This document shows, piece after piece, positions 23,728 through 37,210 of a DNA stretch of 64,000 nt (position 1 is its first letter; the number at the start of each line of letters is the position of its first letter). The DNA is from Fistulifera solaris (Eukaryota). The notes under the pieces were generated by a model that made no database searches, was not told the DNA's origin, and saw only the letters and a program-made list of their open reading frames with translations. Position numbers and translations under genes: made by a program. The stretch spans positions 248,001-312,000 of the forward strand of contig AP026158.1 of the NCBI GenBank assembly GCA_030295235.1, written 5' to 3'.

Positions 23728-25115
23728 ATGAAATCGACGCTGCTTCCACATTTTGATACTAGCATGAGAAAACGGTCCGTTGATTCACCCACCGAAGCTC
23801 AACAAGCGCACAATGTTCGCGAGTCCAACAGTTTACGAGAAAGGAAACAAAGACATCGAAGCAATAACGTCATCGTGATTCCCTTTATCATCTGCTCTGT
23901 TCTCTTTTCATGTACCTATTTTCCGGAAATCGACTTCGCATGCTGCAAGCGATAACGTTAATACCCGTCGTTCTATGCTTTTGGGTGGCAGCCACAGCTC
24001 CTACTTTGTCTGAAAAGTTTCTTCCCATCACATGGGTTCTCTCGGTCATATCCTCGCAGTTACCCGCTTTCCTTGCCGCATTTCTAGCTGCCATGGCGAT
24101 TCTTGCGTTCGGTCTCGCCAGTACGTTTTACAAACAACCAAAATCACGACCTAGTCCAACGATAGTAATCAAATCGGTTGCGAGCCTGATCACGGTTCTT
24201 TTGACGGAAAATTTCATGATATGGGTCGTTTCCGCCACCTTTCCAGCAGGGCAGCTGTTAGGAGGAGCCCCTCCTCCCCTGCAAGACAACGGATCCTATT
24301 TAGTTCAGGAATATATTTGGACCGGCTTAACAAAACACGAGATTGTGGGCGGACTGCGTCGTCTTTGGAATGTACAGTGGTCGCTGGTAGCTTGCCTCGC
24401 TACAGCCTTTGCCATGATCGACTTATTGTCTACAAAACGCGATCTCTACCTGATATCGACCCGTGCGACATGGACTTTGGCAGCAGCCCGACTCATTCGC
24501 ACGATCAGTTTCAGTTTGACCGTTTTACCAAATCCTCGGCGACAATGTTATAGGGAGCATTTTCCATATCCACCGCCCGAATTGTTCTCCAAAGACTGGT
24601 TTTGGACAGGAATGTTGCCCAATAGCAATGGTGGCTGCAATGATTTAATCATTAGCGGGCATGCGACTGTAACGACAACGTTGGCGTGTGTGGTCACATC
24701 TACTTCAACGAATCGGTGGTTTCAAGTTGCTATATGGTGGATGCTGCTACAAGACTATGCGGTCGAAATTTACGAAGGATTTCACTATTCCGTCGATATG
24801 TGGATGGGTCTCGTTATTGTATCGCTGTTGTGGAGAGCCATGGCACCGGTAGAGGACATGAAAGTTGCTGAAACGAGCCCCAGCACAGCATCAGTCACCA
24901 AGCCATCATTTTCGGAGATTACGTTATATGGTCTCCCCGTGAGCATTGCCTACATACAGTTGGTACTACTGCCCTCTTGGGCAGCGAATTACTTGATTCT
25001 ATTGTTTCTGGGAGTTATTCTTTCGGTTTATTTCCAATACGGACAGGCGCATGTGAATTATGTGCAGCATCTTTGCCTAACTTTGCTTTATCTTGCTTTG
25101 GGAGTGTATTTATGA
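23728..25115 (+). CDS. Sphingomyelin synthase / inositol-phosphorylceramide synthase-like (PAP2-type) membrane enzyme; frameshift near 23920
   Basis: RTISFSLTVLP, GGCNDLIISGH and HYSVD motifs in a multi-TM protein. Confidence 0.78.
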
Positions 25116-25351
25116 AAAACTCTTTCGAGCATTGCATCGCAAGCTGAAATGGTATGTAACTGCATACTAAACAAAGCGCGAAACGAAATAACAGCGATGG
25201 TCAACTTGTCAAATTTCATTGCCTTGAATGTGCAAGTGGTCGCATTACCAAGTGTAAATGACCCCGAAAGAGTTCAAGTAGGTACAATAAATTGTTTCCC
25301 GTGCACCGATCATAAAACCATTCATACTCATTATACATTTTTATTCACCGT

Positions 25352-27981
25352 TCACATAATTAAAGAACCCATTAATTCTCGCAACTGCATTAGTTCCACC
25401 AATACTTCATTTTGAATTGTCTCCACTTCAGCTTTCATGCGCGCCATGTCAATTCGATCATTTGCCATTTCTTTTGTTATTTCTTGCTTCATCGACTTCA
25501 AGTCAACCTGTATATTCTTTAGCTTTTCCAATTTGTTCCTTTCCAATTCGGATCGACTAATTACTGTATCTCTCTGGGCGAAAAGATATTCGCGGACTTG
25601 CGGCGGCCACAACCAGCCAGCGGTAACTAAACCCGCTGTCAACCAAAGCGGAATGATTATGAAGATACAGAAAAAGCGAAATACATTGTAGACACATGTC
25701 TCGAACCAATCGACATCATCAAAGAGATTTTCGTCAAATAGCATCATTATTTGGTGCCAACCGTCATGAAAGTACGAGATCTCTTTCTTCGGAGATAGTT
25801 CTCCGTTCCGCACAAAAGCGTCTTCGTCAGTGCCCTGCTGTTCTCTTGGTTCCTCTGTGGCGTTATTGGCATACCCATTGGCTGTGTCTTTGACGTCGAC
25901 TCGTTTCAGCCTTCGCTGAATGGCATATGCAATTGCATCTGTCTCGGCTACAAAATCCAGTCGATTTGACCAAAAACAATAGCCGCACGGTCGTTCTGAA
26001 TGATTTCGTAAGAATCCGTCACGATGGCGATAAGCACATTAGAGAGTAAAATGACAACCAGGAAGGCGAATCCCACAAAAAGGATCTGGGCTGTCAAATT
26101 TGTAGAGTAACGTGTTTCGTTGCCAATTTCACCCATCATCATGGTATAGACTTTCAATAAGCTGTCGCCGAACTCACAATGAGGAAACGTGCATCCAACA
26201 AGATCGGGATCGAAGTATTCGGCTTGGTATCGTTCGTGTTCAAAGGCTAAAGACAAGGTTGGGGCTTCGCAAATATCTGTGTCGAGGTAGACAAAGTAAA
26301 ACATTTGTGCAAAGGCGAGCAAAATTGTAGACACCGCGATCAAGAACGCCACCAATCGTTGAGCGACGTTGAACAGCCCTCCAACAAACACGGCAAAGTC
26401 GACCAATGTACTCTTCAAGAACACAATGATAGCTGCCCACAGGATTCCCTGCGTCACTGCAACACCGGTTCGAAACTCATTCAAGTAATCATCATCGTCT
26501 GGGGCGATCTCGTTGTAATCCGTCACCGACATCGTAATGGCATAGTATAAGACTAGTACGATGACGGTCATATCCAGCCATGTCGATGGGTCTCCAAAGT
26601 ATTTGGCGAAACTGTTCAGGCCCATAAGACTTCCCATTTGCATTAATTCGCGCATCACAAAGTAACCGGCTCCCACGTATAGAAACATCAGTGCACCGGA
26701 TACGTCATCCCGATGGATCTCTTCTTGCGCAATATACTCATCGGTTCCCAATCTCAAATCAATGTGTGTTTGAGTTGTAATGGCGAAGCACACAATCAAG
26801 GAGAAGAGAAACATGCCGTCGAGCATGAGAATACTGGTCGGAAATCTTTGCACAATCTTGTCATTGAGTATATTGCGAACGTGTTTACTGACAACGGCCG
26901 TATCTTGAAGCCAGTCGGGCAAATCTTGAATGGCGGTGAGAAAATCAGCGGTTGCTACCGGTTCTGCCGCCAAATACATCTCCAAACAGTCGCTGACGTG
27001 TGATTTCTTATCACGATCGTCCGGTTTGTATCCTTTCAATCCGAGCGCCATGAGATGCAAGGGCAAGTGCCCATCTTTGTCACGTGAATTGATCGTTTGT
27101 TTACCGGCCGGATGATTGAGTAAAAATTGAATGACACCCGGACTGGCATCCCGATGGGCGTTGACCATGGCCAAATGCATGGGTGTACGTCCATGGTTTT
27201 CAACGGCGGTGACCGATTCCGGATACGCCTTGACCAAGACCTCGAGTACGGCCGAATGCGTTCCGTAGGCCGATGCGTAATGAATCGGCAACATCCCACC
27301 GCCATCCCGTATCGCTGCCGCACCGCCATTACTCAACATTTCGGTATTCAAGGCCATTGTCACAACATTGTCCGTGTTGCGCGTGACATAAAAGTGCAAT
27401 GCGGTACGATTCTGATGATCCGTTTGCAATTTTCCTTCCGGAAACGCTTGAATGAGAAGCGTTAATACGTCGGAAGACACTCCGTGATTGCACGCATGAT
27501 GCAAGGGCAACCACCCTTGCGCATCCGTCCATCCACAAATCTCGGGAGCCGCTTCCACCAAGGCCTGCACAATATCCGCAGGAGGATTGTGCAACTTGCA
27601 CAATAAATGCAACGGCGTGGAATCATTCTGACCGCGGATATAGACGGCCGTCTGTCGACTCTCTAGCGTATTGTGTGACCACAACCAGCGACGAATTTTC
27701 TCGTAACTTAAATCGAGCAAATCTCGTTGTTGTTCCTTCTCGAAACTGCGCGGTGCGTTCTGTTGCGTGTTCTTCGGGATGGCTTCCTCAAGAATAGAAA
27801 GAAGTACACTAGGATCTCCTGGCTCTACATTGAACTGATAATAGCCACTGGAAGTCTCGCGCATCAGTGGAGTTGTAGGGATGACGTCTCCTTCGACATG
27901 AGCGCCGTCGAGTTCTTCCCGGGCGATGGCTCCGCTTACGTGAGGATTGTAAATAGGCCCAACGTCGTCGTATGAAGGCAT
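25352..27981 (-). CDS. Ankyrin-repeat TRP-like cation channel; frameshift near 25970
   Basis: Ankyrin repeats (TPLHL, LPLHHAC, LPIHYA, TPMHLA), several TM segments, pore-like YTMMMGEIG, S6 ILLSNVLIAIVTDSY, C-terminal coiled coil. Confidence 0.78.
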
Positions 27982-28490
27982 CGATTAAGCTTCAAATTGG
28001 GTTTAGTTGACCTAAAACAGTATAATACAAGGAAGAAAAAGGGACGAATGATGAATCTGTTTGCCTATTTGGTTGTCGAGTTTCAAGTCGACATTCTGGC
28101 CCCGCGAGAACCCATGTCTCGAAAAGGTCATTCGTTGTTTTCTCTACTATCAGTACCAGAGTAAGAGGTGCTAAATAAGCGAACTAAATAAATCATCCAA
28201 ATGACCAGGAAGAATAGTATTAGCGTTGCGGTTGTGACAGTGCCTTGTCACACTGTTTCGGCTGCTATGGTCTTCAATCTGCAATTTAGGTCGTCTGAGA
28301 CCAACTGAAAGAATTCATAGATGACGATATTCAGCCTATCTACGCAAATACCGATAAAATGAGCCGCTGGTGGATTTGTAATTCCTGTTGCAAGAATTGT
28401 TCGATCGAAATCGACAATTTTCTCATCTCCAGCGGAGCGAAGGCAGAGATTTTGACTTTGTATCATCCACTTACTTGCAACCGTTCCTCT

Positions 28491-30262
28491 CTAGAATTCC
28501 TTCCGAGCTTTCCCCAATCGCACATTAGCCGTCCACGCAAAAGGAAGACCATCTTCCCCATAGCCCTGTAGCCATTCCTTGTAGAGATCGGTACTCGCTG
28601 CTTCTTGGAGCTTCTTTAAAACATATTTACTCACTTGCCCTTCCGCCGCACAGCGTTTGAATACCAAAGCCACAGTTTCTTGCCGTGACGCCTCCGTGGG
28701 CATGAGATTAGTTAATACACCCAAAAATGACCCGTAAGTGACAGCGTTGGGACGTGAGGTTGGACAATTACGGATTTCGTCAAAGACAACACAGGCTACT
28801 TTGAGTGCCTCCTCGATAATCGTCTGATCATTGTTGATGGTATCCGTGTATTCACAAGCATTCAATACTGCATTGTAGGATATAATGTTTCGTGTTGGCA
28901 TACGCTGGAAGATCTCCCAGGCACTCGATGCTTTCCTCGGAACATTGGACTTGGCGTACAACTGCATCATCACCGTATAGGTCGCGACCGTGGGGGCGGG
29001 GCCCACTGTTTCGAGTCGTTGCATCAGATCTTGAGCGGCAGGGATCAAAAAGTCACCTCGACCTTTTAGTGCATTCAAGGTATTAGTATATGTTTTGATG
29101 TTGGGCTGTACATTCGGGTCGCTCTCGATCTGTTCAAGCAACTGCAAAACGCGCTCTCCGCGGACCTGAGATTGCTGCGACCAGCAATGCAACAACGCAT
29201 TGTAGACCTCAATATGGCTTCCCTCAAGAGTCGGCGCGAGTTCCAACGCAAGTTGTTCCGCATAATTGGCTACTTCCAATCCATCCATCGTACCCAATGA
29301 GTACAACACATTCCACAAAAATGTCGTGGAAAGTTCCATTCGATCACTTTCCACAACCTGTTGAACGAGCTGCTTGACTCTCGTCAAAGCGGCGTCGGTG
29401 TCGCTCCGCGCCTTGCAACAAATGGAAATCATGGTGGTATACGAAACGATATCACGGTTCGGCATTGCGGCAAAAAGGTTTCCGCCTTGTGCCAGGGCAA
29501 TGCATTCAATACGATATTGTACGACCGGATCTGTGGTTTGACACGACGTGACACTTTACTGCGTTCCCATTGGGTTAGAAAAGCTTGTGCCGCGAACGAA
29601 TCAGAGGCCTTGGCGTACGCATTCAAGACGTCATTGTAGCAAGGGCGATTGGGAGCGGGTCCGTGGATCAACATGATATCAAAGACTTGCCGTGCCTCTC
29701 TAGCACGGCCCGTGATAGCGTAGGCATGAATCAAGGCAGAATAGGAGATAGTATCGGGTTTCATCGGCAATGAATCGAATGTCTGCCGTGCTTCCTGAGG
29801 CATCGCGGCCTTGCTGAAGATGGAAATGAGAGTATTGTACGAAACGAGATCCTTTTCGGGCCATTCCTTTACTAAATTGCTAGCTTTGTTTGCTAATTGT
29901 CGTTTGTTGGTAAAGCCCCGACTTGTTGATACACTTTTGAGATAACAGGCTAGTACTTTGTTAAGAAGAAGAACGGAATGTTCGTGATTCGTGTCGTGTT
30001 TTCGCAATAGTATTTCGGCACGGGGTCCAGCTTCTTCCGGTTGCGATTCGGACAGCTGGTTGAGCAAATAGGAGAATGCATTTTGGGGGCGCTTCGAGGG
30101 GAGACTGAGACCGAACTCTTTCACCACGTCGAAAAATAGGATCTCATCTGTTGTTGCGAAGCGATGCACCGCAAGGCGACGATGCCCTTGCTTTACTACA
30201 GGAAACGCATGCGACACGGTTGCTACGCAAAGCAAACGAAGAATATACCGCATCGCTCTCAT
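28491..30262 (-). CDS. Pentatricopeptide repeat (PPR) protein, predicted plastid-targeted; frameshift near 29470
   Basis: PPR-like repeats (SYNTLIS, PDTISYSALIHAYA, PNIKTYT, PNAVTYG); signal peptide ending SHA-FP. Confidence 0.88.
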
Positions 30263-30606
30263 CGATTAGTCAAATAGAAACACGTTCTGCGATGATTCAA
30301 GTGCAAATAATAATAATATAATTTGAAGGCTCGTATCTCTCGCATCTTGCACTCCAAATTGACGAAAATTTTTAGTGACGCCTGCGAAGTACGTCACAAG
30401 TCTCACACGACAGGGCACTATCGAAAGGAATGTAAAAGATGCCAATAGTAGGAGATGCAACTACATGCACAATAACACAATGAAAATGAAAAAAAAGAGG
30501 ATTTGAAAGGACAAAGAAGACTATAACTTTTGAAAATCATTTCAGAATACTTCTTACTTTTGTTCGTTGCTCCTAAACAGGGAGCTGTGCTAAATACGAA
30601 CAAGAC

Positions 30607-31536
30607 ATGGTGACTACGAAAGAAAACAAAGAAAAGAAACCCTCGTCCTGGCAAATATGGTGGACGGCTGCTCGTCCTCACACTCTGACGGCTTCCCTTT
30701 GTCCCTGTCTCGTGTCCTACGCGGCCTGCCGACCTCCCTGGAAATTACATATCTTATGGACGGTCTTTTGTACGACGGTGCAGCTCGGAACGAATTTGCA
30801 CAATGATTACGCAGATGCCGTCTTGGGGGCCGACACGGAGGAACGTGTCGGACAGGCACGTGCGACGGCCAAGGGATGGTTAACGCCACAACAAACTTTG
30901 CGGGCATCTTGCACCGTCTTGTTGGGGACTTTCCTTACGGGAGTATGTCTGGCATTTGCGACCGGGCAAAGTCACAATCCAATGGTTTGGGGGTTGATGC
31001 TGACCAGTGTTTTTAATGCTTTTGCTTATACGGGAGGACCTGTACCCTTGGGCTACATTGGTTTGGGCCACTGGAGTATTGCTTATTCGGGATTGGGCGA
31101 TGTGTTTTGTTTGGCTTATTTCGGTTTCGTAGCGACTCTGATGATGCCGTTTCTGTTGGGGATGGAATTACCATGGATGTACGCACTCCAAGTGGGATGT
31201 TTGGCGACCAACATTTTAGTGGTCAACAATTTACGAGATCGATTTACGGATGTCAAAGCCAATAAGCGAACCACAGCTGTGCGGTTTGGAAAGTTCTTTA
31301 GCTTGTATGAATATGTACTCTTATTGGTGATCACGTACGGATTCGTTTTGCTGGATGCGTTTCAACATCGAAGCATGTGGAGACTACTACCGTGTTTGAC
31401 TATGCCCCTGGCCAAGAAAGAAGTTGAGGCGATATGGACGAAAGAAGGGTCTTTGCTGAATCAACATGTCGGAGGAGCCGCTAAATTACAGCTTGCTTTC
31501 TGTGTCTTGCTGGCAGCTGGGCTTCATTACACTTGA
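30607..31536 (+). CDS. menA: 1,4-dihydroxy-2-naphthoate prenyltransferase (MenA/UbiA family)
   Basis: AARPHTL, NLHNDYAD..GAD, YTGGP.PLGY.GLG, NILVVNNLRD..TD....K.T.AVRFG. Confidence 0.9.
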   Translation: MVTTKENKEKKPSSWQIWWTAARPHTLTASLCPCLVSYAACRPPWKLHILWTVFCTTVQLGTNLHNDYADAVLGADTEERVGQARATAKGWLTPQQTLRASCTVLLGTFLTGVCLAFATGQSHNPMVWGLMLTSVFNAFAYTGGPVPLGYIGLGHWSIAYSGLGDVFCLAYFGFVATLMMPFLLGMELPWMYALQVGCLATNILVVNNLRDRFTDVKANKRTTAVRFGKFFSLYEYVLLLVITYGFVLLDAFQHRSMWRLLPCLTMPLAKKEVEAIWTKEGSLLNQHVGGAAKLQLAFCVLLAAGLHYT

Positions 31537-31817
31537 CTTCTACACGAAGTGCTTCGAATCAATGAATAACGCATACACAGTAGATTCGGTGCAGTGCAAA
31601 AGGTAAACTTATTATGTTTGCTAGGCAAGAAAGAACCCGTTGCGACTTCCAATTTATGACGCCAAGCCTAGAGATGACGTCACCGTCGTCTCAGCGAAAT
31701 AGAAGGGAAAAAATCATTCTTGCATTACCAGTATTCTCATTACAGACGGGTGTGTTTTCATTCCTTATTCCATCGAAACAAATATATTATAATCTCTCCT
31801 CCCAACTAGTAACAGAA

Positions 31818-32275
31818 ATGATTCACCGCAACGTTTGTACTTTGCTTGCTATGATTGGGACGACAGCCACCGGCTTTGTCGTTCCGCCAGTCGCACAAAA
31901 ACATTATCGCACCGAACGACCCTGTCATCGCTGTTTGACACAGACGACAATGATATAGGCACCAACAAGCCTGCTACTCGTAAATTTACCGGTAAATATA
32001 CAGCCGGAAATTCCTCATCCTCGCCCCGAGAACGCATGATGCAACGAGAATTCAATCTAGTGAGTTTAGCCACCAGTCCGGTCGCTTTTCTAGTGCAAGC
32101 TGCCAGCATTCTCGTGGTATTAGTATTTGTACTATATATTGGTGCTACCGGGCAGCTCGGACTCAACAATGATTATGAAGACGATGATGATTTCATCTAT
32201 GATCCTGTTAATCCTTCCATGGTAGTACCGAATGTGGAATTTCAATCTTCCTCGAGTCAATCTGTTTTTCTATAA
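31818..32275 (+). CDS. Small predicted plastid-targeted membrane protein; frameshift near 31920
   Basis: Signal peptide ending ATG-FV, transit-like segment, one TM helix, acidic tail. Confidence 0.55.
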
Positions 32276-32412
32276 CTCCTTCATTGCTGTATCCTATTCT
32301 CTTGATTCACACAAGGTTGCCACAGTCATATTAGCCCCCCTAAGATGAATATTATCCGAAAGCTGCTCTACATTTTTTACAAAAATCTATTGTGAAAACC
32401 CTCACATCCATC

Positions 32413-33345
32413 TCATTGCCACTCGTCGGACATGTCATTTTCCGAGTCTGTGCTGTTTTCGCTCTTCGAGTAGTAGTCTTCCGGCGCCCCAAATGACTTG
32501 GCCGTGCGCATCTCAGCGGCCAGCAAGGCTTCTGCGGCATCATGGACCGCTCGTTCCACCCATTCCTTCCGACGTGGATTGACGGCTCCCGTATCCGAAA
32601 ACGGCGGAAACGAAGATGCCGACACCATATTCGGTAAACGACGGTCTGCCCAGAAACGAGCCGCCTCTCGATCTCCTTTGCCGATACACACAGCTACAAT
32701 CCCCGACAGAGCCCCGAAATGCCACGGTTTCAATTCTAACACTACTTGGCATAGCTTAAACGACTGATCGTAACGTCCTTGTAGGTAATACAACGTCGCG
32801 AGTCGATTTACAGGCTCCACAAAGTAAACTCCGTGTTTGTGCAATAAATTGAGTAACACCATTTCGCATTGCTTCCATGTATTCGGATCACTCATGAGTT
32901 GATCGGCTTGCTTCAAGCCGTCTCTCGCCGTCGCTCCTCGTTCATTGAACCAAAGTTCCCATAAATCATCTGTCGCATCTTCTTCGGTCAAGCGCTGGAT
33001 GATTTTGATTTCGGCAAGTCGTCGATCACGTTCCATAGCCGTCATGGGGGGCGGTGGAGGCAAGGTGATTTCGTAATACGGCGAAATGAGGCGCGATACG
33101 GAATATTCTTTCCCTTCTTTCTTCTTTTTGGATTCTTCGCCTTTCTTGATTAATTTGTCGAGCTGTTGGCGTGCGATTTCTACATCAAAGTCATTTTCGT
33201 CGTCGTTAGACGTACGGCAGGTTGAGGAACTCCGTCGTGACACAAGAAAAGGCGGCGGATGAAGTGTTTGCGACGGGAGGAATGATTGTGAATGCTTCCA
33301 GCAAACGAGAAATAGGAAAACCTCTATTGTGGTTCTGCGATTCAT
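32413..33345 (-). CDS. TPR-containing protein, predicted plastid-targeted
   Basis: NRLATLYYLQGRY..S...C..VL.LKPWHFGALSG is TPR-like; signal peptide ending SQS-FL. Confidence 0.75.
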   Translation of the reverse strand: MNRRTTIEVFLFLVCWKHSQSFLPSQTLHPPPFLVSRRSSSTCRTSNDDENDFDVEIARQQLDKLIKKGEESKKKKEGKEYSVSRLISPYYEITLPPPPPMTAMERDRRLAEIKIIQRLTEEDATDDLWELWFNERGATARDGLKQADQLMSDPNTWKQCEMVLLNLLHKHGVYFVEPVNRLATLYYLQGRYDQSFKLCQVVLELKPWHFGALSGIVAVCIGKGDREAARFWADRRLPNMVSASSFPPFSDTGAVNPRRKEWVERAVHDAAEALLAAEMRTAKSFGAPEDYYSKSENSTDSENDMSDEWQ

Positions 33346-33862
33346 CTCTGAAATGACTGTAATGATGTTTAACTCAATTCAGAGAGGAGTAAAGACAGAA
33401 AAGAAGGTTTGACTCCTGGTCCATGCTTTCGAAGAAAAAAACTGTAGCGATGAAAAGATCGCATCGGCGACGAGCAGAAAAAGAACGACCCGAGAGACGT
33501 CGTTTGCTGACTATGCGCAAGAGAGAATAAAGTTGAGTCACCAAACTGACGTCTGTACGTAGTAGTTCGTGACTTATGTCCAAGTGATGGAAGTGTGGAA
33601 AGAACCGAACTCGGTGCGTTTCTCATTGTAGCGCACGAAGTGCGGAGAAGGGAGTCCCGTTTCCCTTCTGTCGTTGATCCGCTCTACTTAGTTTTCCACT
33701 TACAGAATGAGGGGATGAGTGCAAACGGTGAAATTTCGCGGCCGAGATGAGAAATCGAAGGCCCGTTTCACCACACAAACGCAAGAAGTTTCATTCTTGT
33801 CGTTGCAATCATTCGCTTTATAACTTTTCATCATTTATTTTCATCACATATTTGCTGCAATC

Positions 33863-34383
33863 ATGGCTACTTCCAAGTTTTGAACATTCGTGGCCCGCCG
33901 AGCACTCGCATCACCGCAGCCCCGCATTATGATGACCAAATGCGCTTTTAGCAGCAACAATTACGTATCCCATTTACAAGAGCTTTTTGATCAAATGGAT
34001 CGCAATGAAACAACGTTAGGTGTCGATTCATCCTTCCTAAACGATGACAAGATGCTCCCGTGTGGACTGCCCGAATCATCTCTGCGCTTTACGACGACGC
34101 ATTACGGGCGTTTGTTGCAAGCCCCTTTGTTCACCCCAACGAACACACGGTCGTCATGACGGCACGATTGGGAAATTCTCTCTCGGAAACGGAACAACTA
34201 ATACTCAAGGAAATTGTTGGAGAGAGATTTGACGTGGAGAAGAAAACATTGAGACTAACATCGAGGCAATTCGGAAGTCGTATCGAAAACAAGCGACATC
34301 TCGTCAGCATGTTGAATCGAATCATCGCATCTTGTAGAAATTTAGCAAAGCAGGCGGAAGACGAAGCGCGCATGGAAGCCTAA
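33863..34383 (+). CDS. Mitochondrial ribosomal protein mS35-like; frameshifts near 33880 and 34125
   Basis: LKEIVGERF....LRLTSRQF.SR.EN..HL..ML resembles the MRP-S28/mS35 domain; mitochondrial-type N-terminus. Confidence 0.7.
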
Positions 34384-34761
34384 AGTCTCTTATTACCTTG
34401 GTGTCTTGCTTGCCGCGGGTTTAGATTTTATAAAGTTTAGGAACCTTGTACGTTGATAGTTTCGGAGTAATCTTTTTATACTAATTATTCATGTTACATC
34501 CAGATTAATCATCAACTACTATCAATGTGCAGTTGGCTACGTTAGTATATCATCTTTCATGGGAGTCTCACGAAAGGCAGATTATGCAGCAACTTGTTGC
34601 GTCAAAAAGCTCGCCAAGGACGTTAAAAGAGTGACGAATGCAACACTCTAGTCTCATGTGTTCATTTGTGTGTGCAACAAAATGCAAAAAAACACCATTG
34701 GATAGTACAGCGTTGCGAAACTGAAACAAGGCTTATCATATGCAATACCTACGCTATATCT

Positions 34762-36848
34762 TTAGGCCGATGCCTTGTTCTCAAGCCTCGCTAAATCATC
34801 CTTGATAGCATCTATACCGACGGGGAGCCTTTCCAGCAACTGGTACTGCGCCTTGAGTTCTTTGTGCTTAATCACTAGCTGCATATGCTTGGCAAACTCA
34901 TATTCCATCTGCGCTTCTAAATCGGCGAGCCGAGTCAGTGCCGTCACAAACCCAGATGGCTCTGCTGGTTCTGGCCGTTTTGGCTTGGGTGATTCGGGTG
35001 CTGGAGGGGGCGCGGGAAGAGCAACTGTTTTGGCAGTGTTCGTTTCATCACTTCGTTGTGGGACATGATGACCTGACCAACCCAAAGATGCGTGTGGTGG
35101 ACGTGAAGTCATGCGACTACTATCTCTGCCCCCAAAACTACCACCACGACCTCCTCCATATTCCGCAGGGGGTCGACTACCATACTCGTCATACGTAACA
35201 AATGGAGGAGGTACAGGAGGATCTCGTCCCCCAAGAATGTCGCCACCACGACCTGCAAGTATTTCTCTGGCCCGCATGGCTCTCCCTCGGCCGTCTCCTC
35301 TACCCGGGAAATAGCCTCTCCCTGGTCCACCCCGACTAAATCCACCACGATCAATTTCCGACCGATGGGCAACTGAGTGAGTAGGGGGAAACTGTCTCTG
35401 TACTTCTTGTGGCGGCGCTCCTGCCATTCCTTGAGTAGGTTCTTGTCCTTGCGGCGGTCCTCCTCCAACGCCGCCGCCATTCATAGCCCTCCACCCGGTT
35501 TCACGAGGAGGTCCTGGATAGTCCAAACCTGGATTCGACGGAGGGGGTCTTTTCGGCATACCGTCGCCCGGGCCGATGGATGAATTCAGGCGATTGGATC
35601 GGTCATATGGAGAATTCGATGAGCGATTATTGAATGATGACTCTACATTTCCTTGACCAAGACTCGAAGCATCAAAAGCGGGACGATTTCCAAGTACGGG
35701 CCCGCGAGTCAATCCCGGTCGATCCATCGAATGCCGATTGTCAATTGAAGCTAAAGAACTTCCCCGATCGAGCTGTCGAAAGTGTGGTTGGGTTGATGGG
35801 TGCATAGGTGGAGCTGGAGGAAACGATGCACGCTGCCGTGGAAAGCTACTATCTTGCGGAGGCGGGCGACCTCGTGAAGAAAACGATTCGGAATGTTCAA
35901 CGGCCGATCCAGGATGCATTGGTTTCTGTGAAGCGGCAGGGTAACTCAAGGAATTGTAGGATAGTTCTTGTTTTTGTGGAACGATTTCACCTTCGCTGCC
36001 AAAACTGGGGTTGCTACGAATTCGCTTGGGCTCTGGCGTGTTTGCAAATTGCGGCGGCTCGTTTACTAAGTCACTGTAGGTTCTTTTGGTTTCGGCTTCT
36101 GGAAAGAAGGGCGATGAGAGAAGACTGGTGGAAGCTGTCCGCGCCCTTCGATCCCACCCCTTGCCGTGGAAGGAAACCCACGAGCTTCACTGGTTCTTCC
36201 TCTAGATGGTAATGGTCGCCCTCGTCCTTCGAATACTCCTCCTCTCGGAGGGAAACTTCTTCCGCGACCTTCTACACGACCGCCTCTCATCGGGACAGAA
36301 CCTCTACCTCCACGACCAGTAGATGATATGGGACGCCCTGATGAATAATTTGATCCTGGTTCTTGTGAAGCATCCTGATCCGGTACCGGTATCCTTTCTC
36401 TCCCTCCCACCCATCGCCCCGTCGATGGACCCCGTGCTGGGTAACGCCCGCCCGGTAGTACACCTCTTCCTCTAGCCATCACTGGTGCGCCCCGTTGGAG
36501 CGACAAACCGGTCGAAAATTCACTGGATATTCCATTCTCTGGTCTAGCGCGTAAAGGAGGCGGTCGATGATCTTCGCGTCCGCCGTAACGAGGACCGAAA
36601 CGGCCTGGTTCGCGGCCCCGTCCCCCACGCGGAGGAGGGAACGAACGACCTCTTCGGTTATCATCACTGGTAATTGATGGTTGAAGATGAGAAGGAGGAT
36701 CGAGCGCTAAGGACGCGTACGAGCCTGCCGACGCCGCTGATGAATAGCGCTGCATAGCATGATGGGATTCACTCCGGGGCGGCGGTGCGTCCTGGATCTC
36801 TCCAACTTCACCTTCTTCTTGGTTCATACGTGAAGGCGGTGGGGGCAT
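34762..36848 (-). CDS. Pro/Gly/Arg (RGG)-rich disordered protein with C-terminal coiled coil; frameshift near 36090
   Basis: Many RG/RGG boxes; helical C-terminus LTRLADLEAQMEY..; two ORFs joined by one frameshift. Confidence 0.65.
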
Positions 36849-37210
36849 GGTTAATTGAATTTATGAACTCGTCAGCTGTGATCGTTTCAGAATCGTTTAT
36901 CGTTCCATCCTTTATTCGTATTTGTATGATTATTAAAAACATTTTGACATGCAATGCTTTGTTTTATCGTCGCACAGTCGTCTCGTTCATGTCTGCCATA
37001 GATCGGGCGGAGGTCAGAACAGTGGTCGTCACTCGTCACGTCTGAATAATTTAGTCACGAATCTCAGCTCGCGCTTTGCGAAAGGAGTGGATAGGAATGA
37101 TCTAGCAAGGCGAGTGTAGCAATGATTTCATGAAACCGAAAAATTAATGTAAAAAATTGCTTAAATAGAAGCAATCCATAAAGTTTCATCAGCAACAAGT
37201 AGAACGCCCT

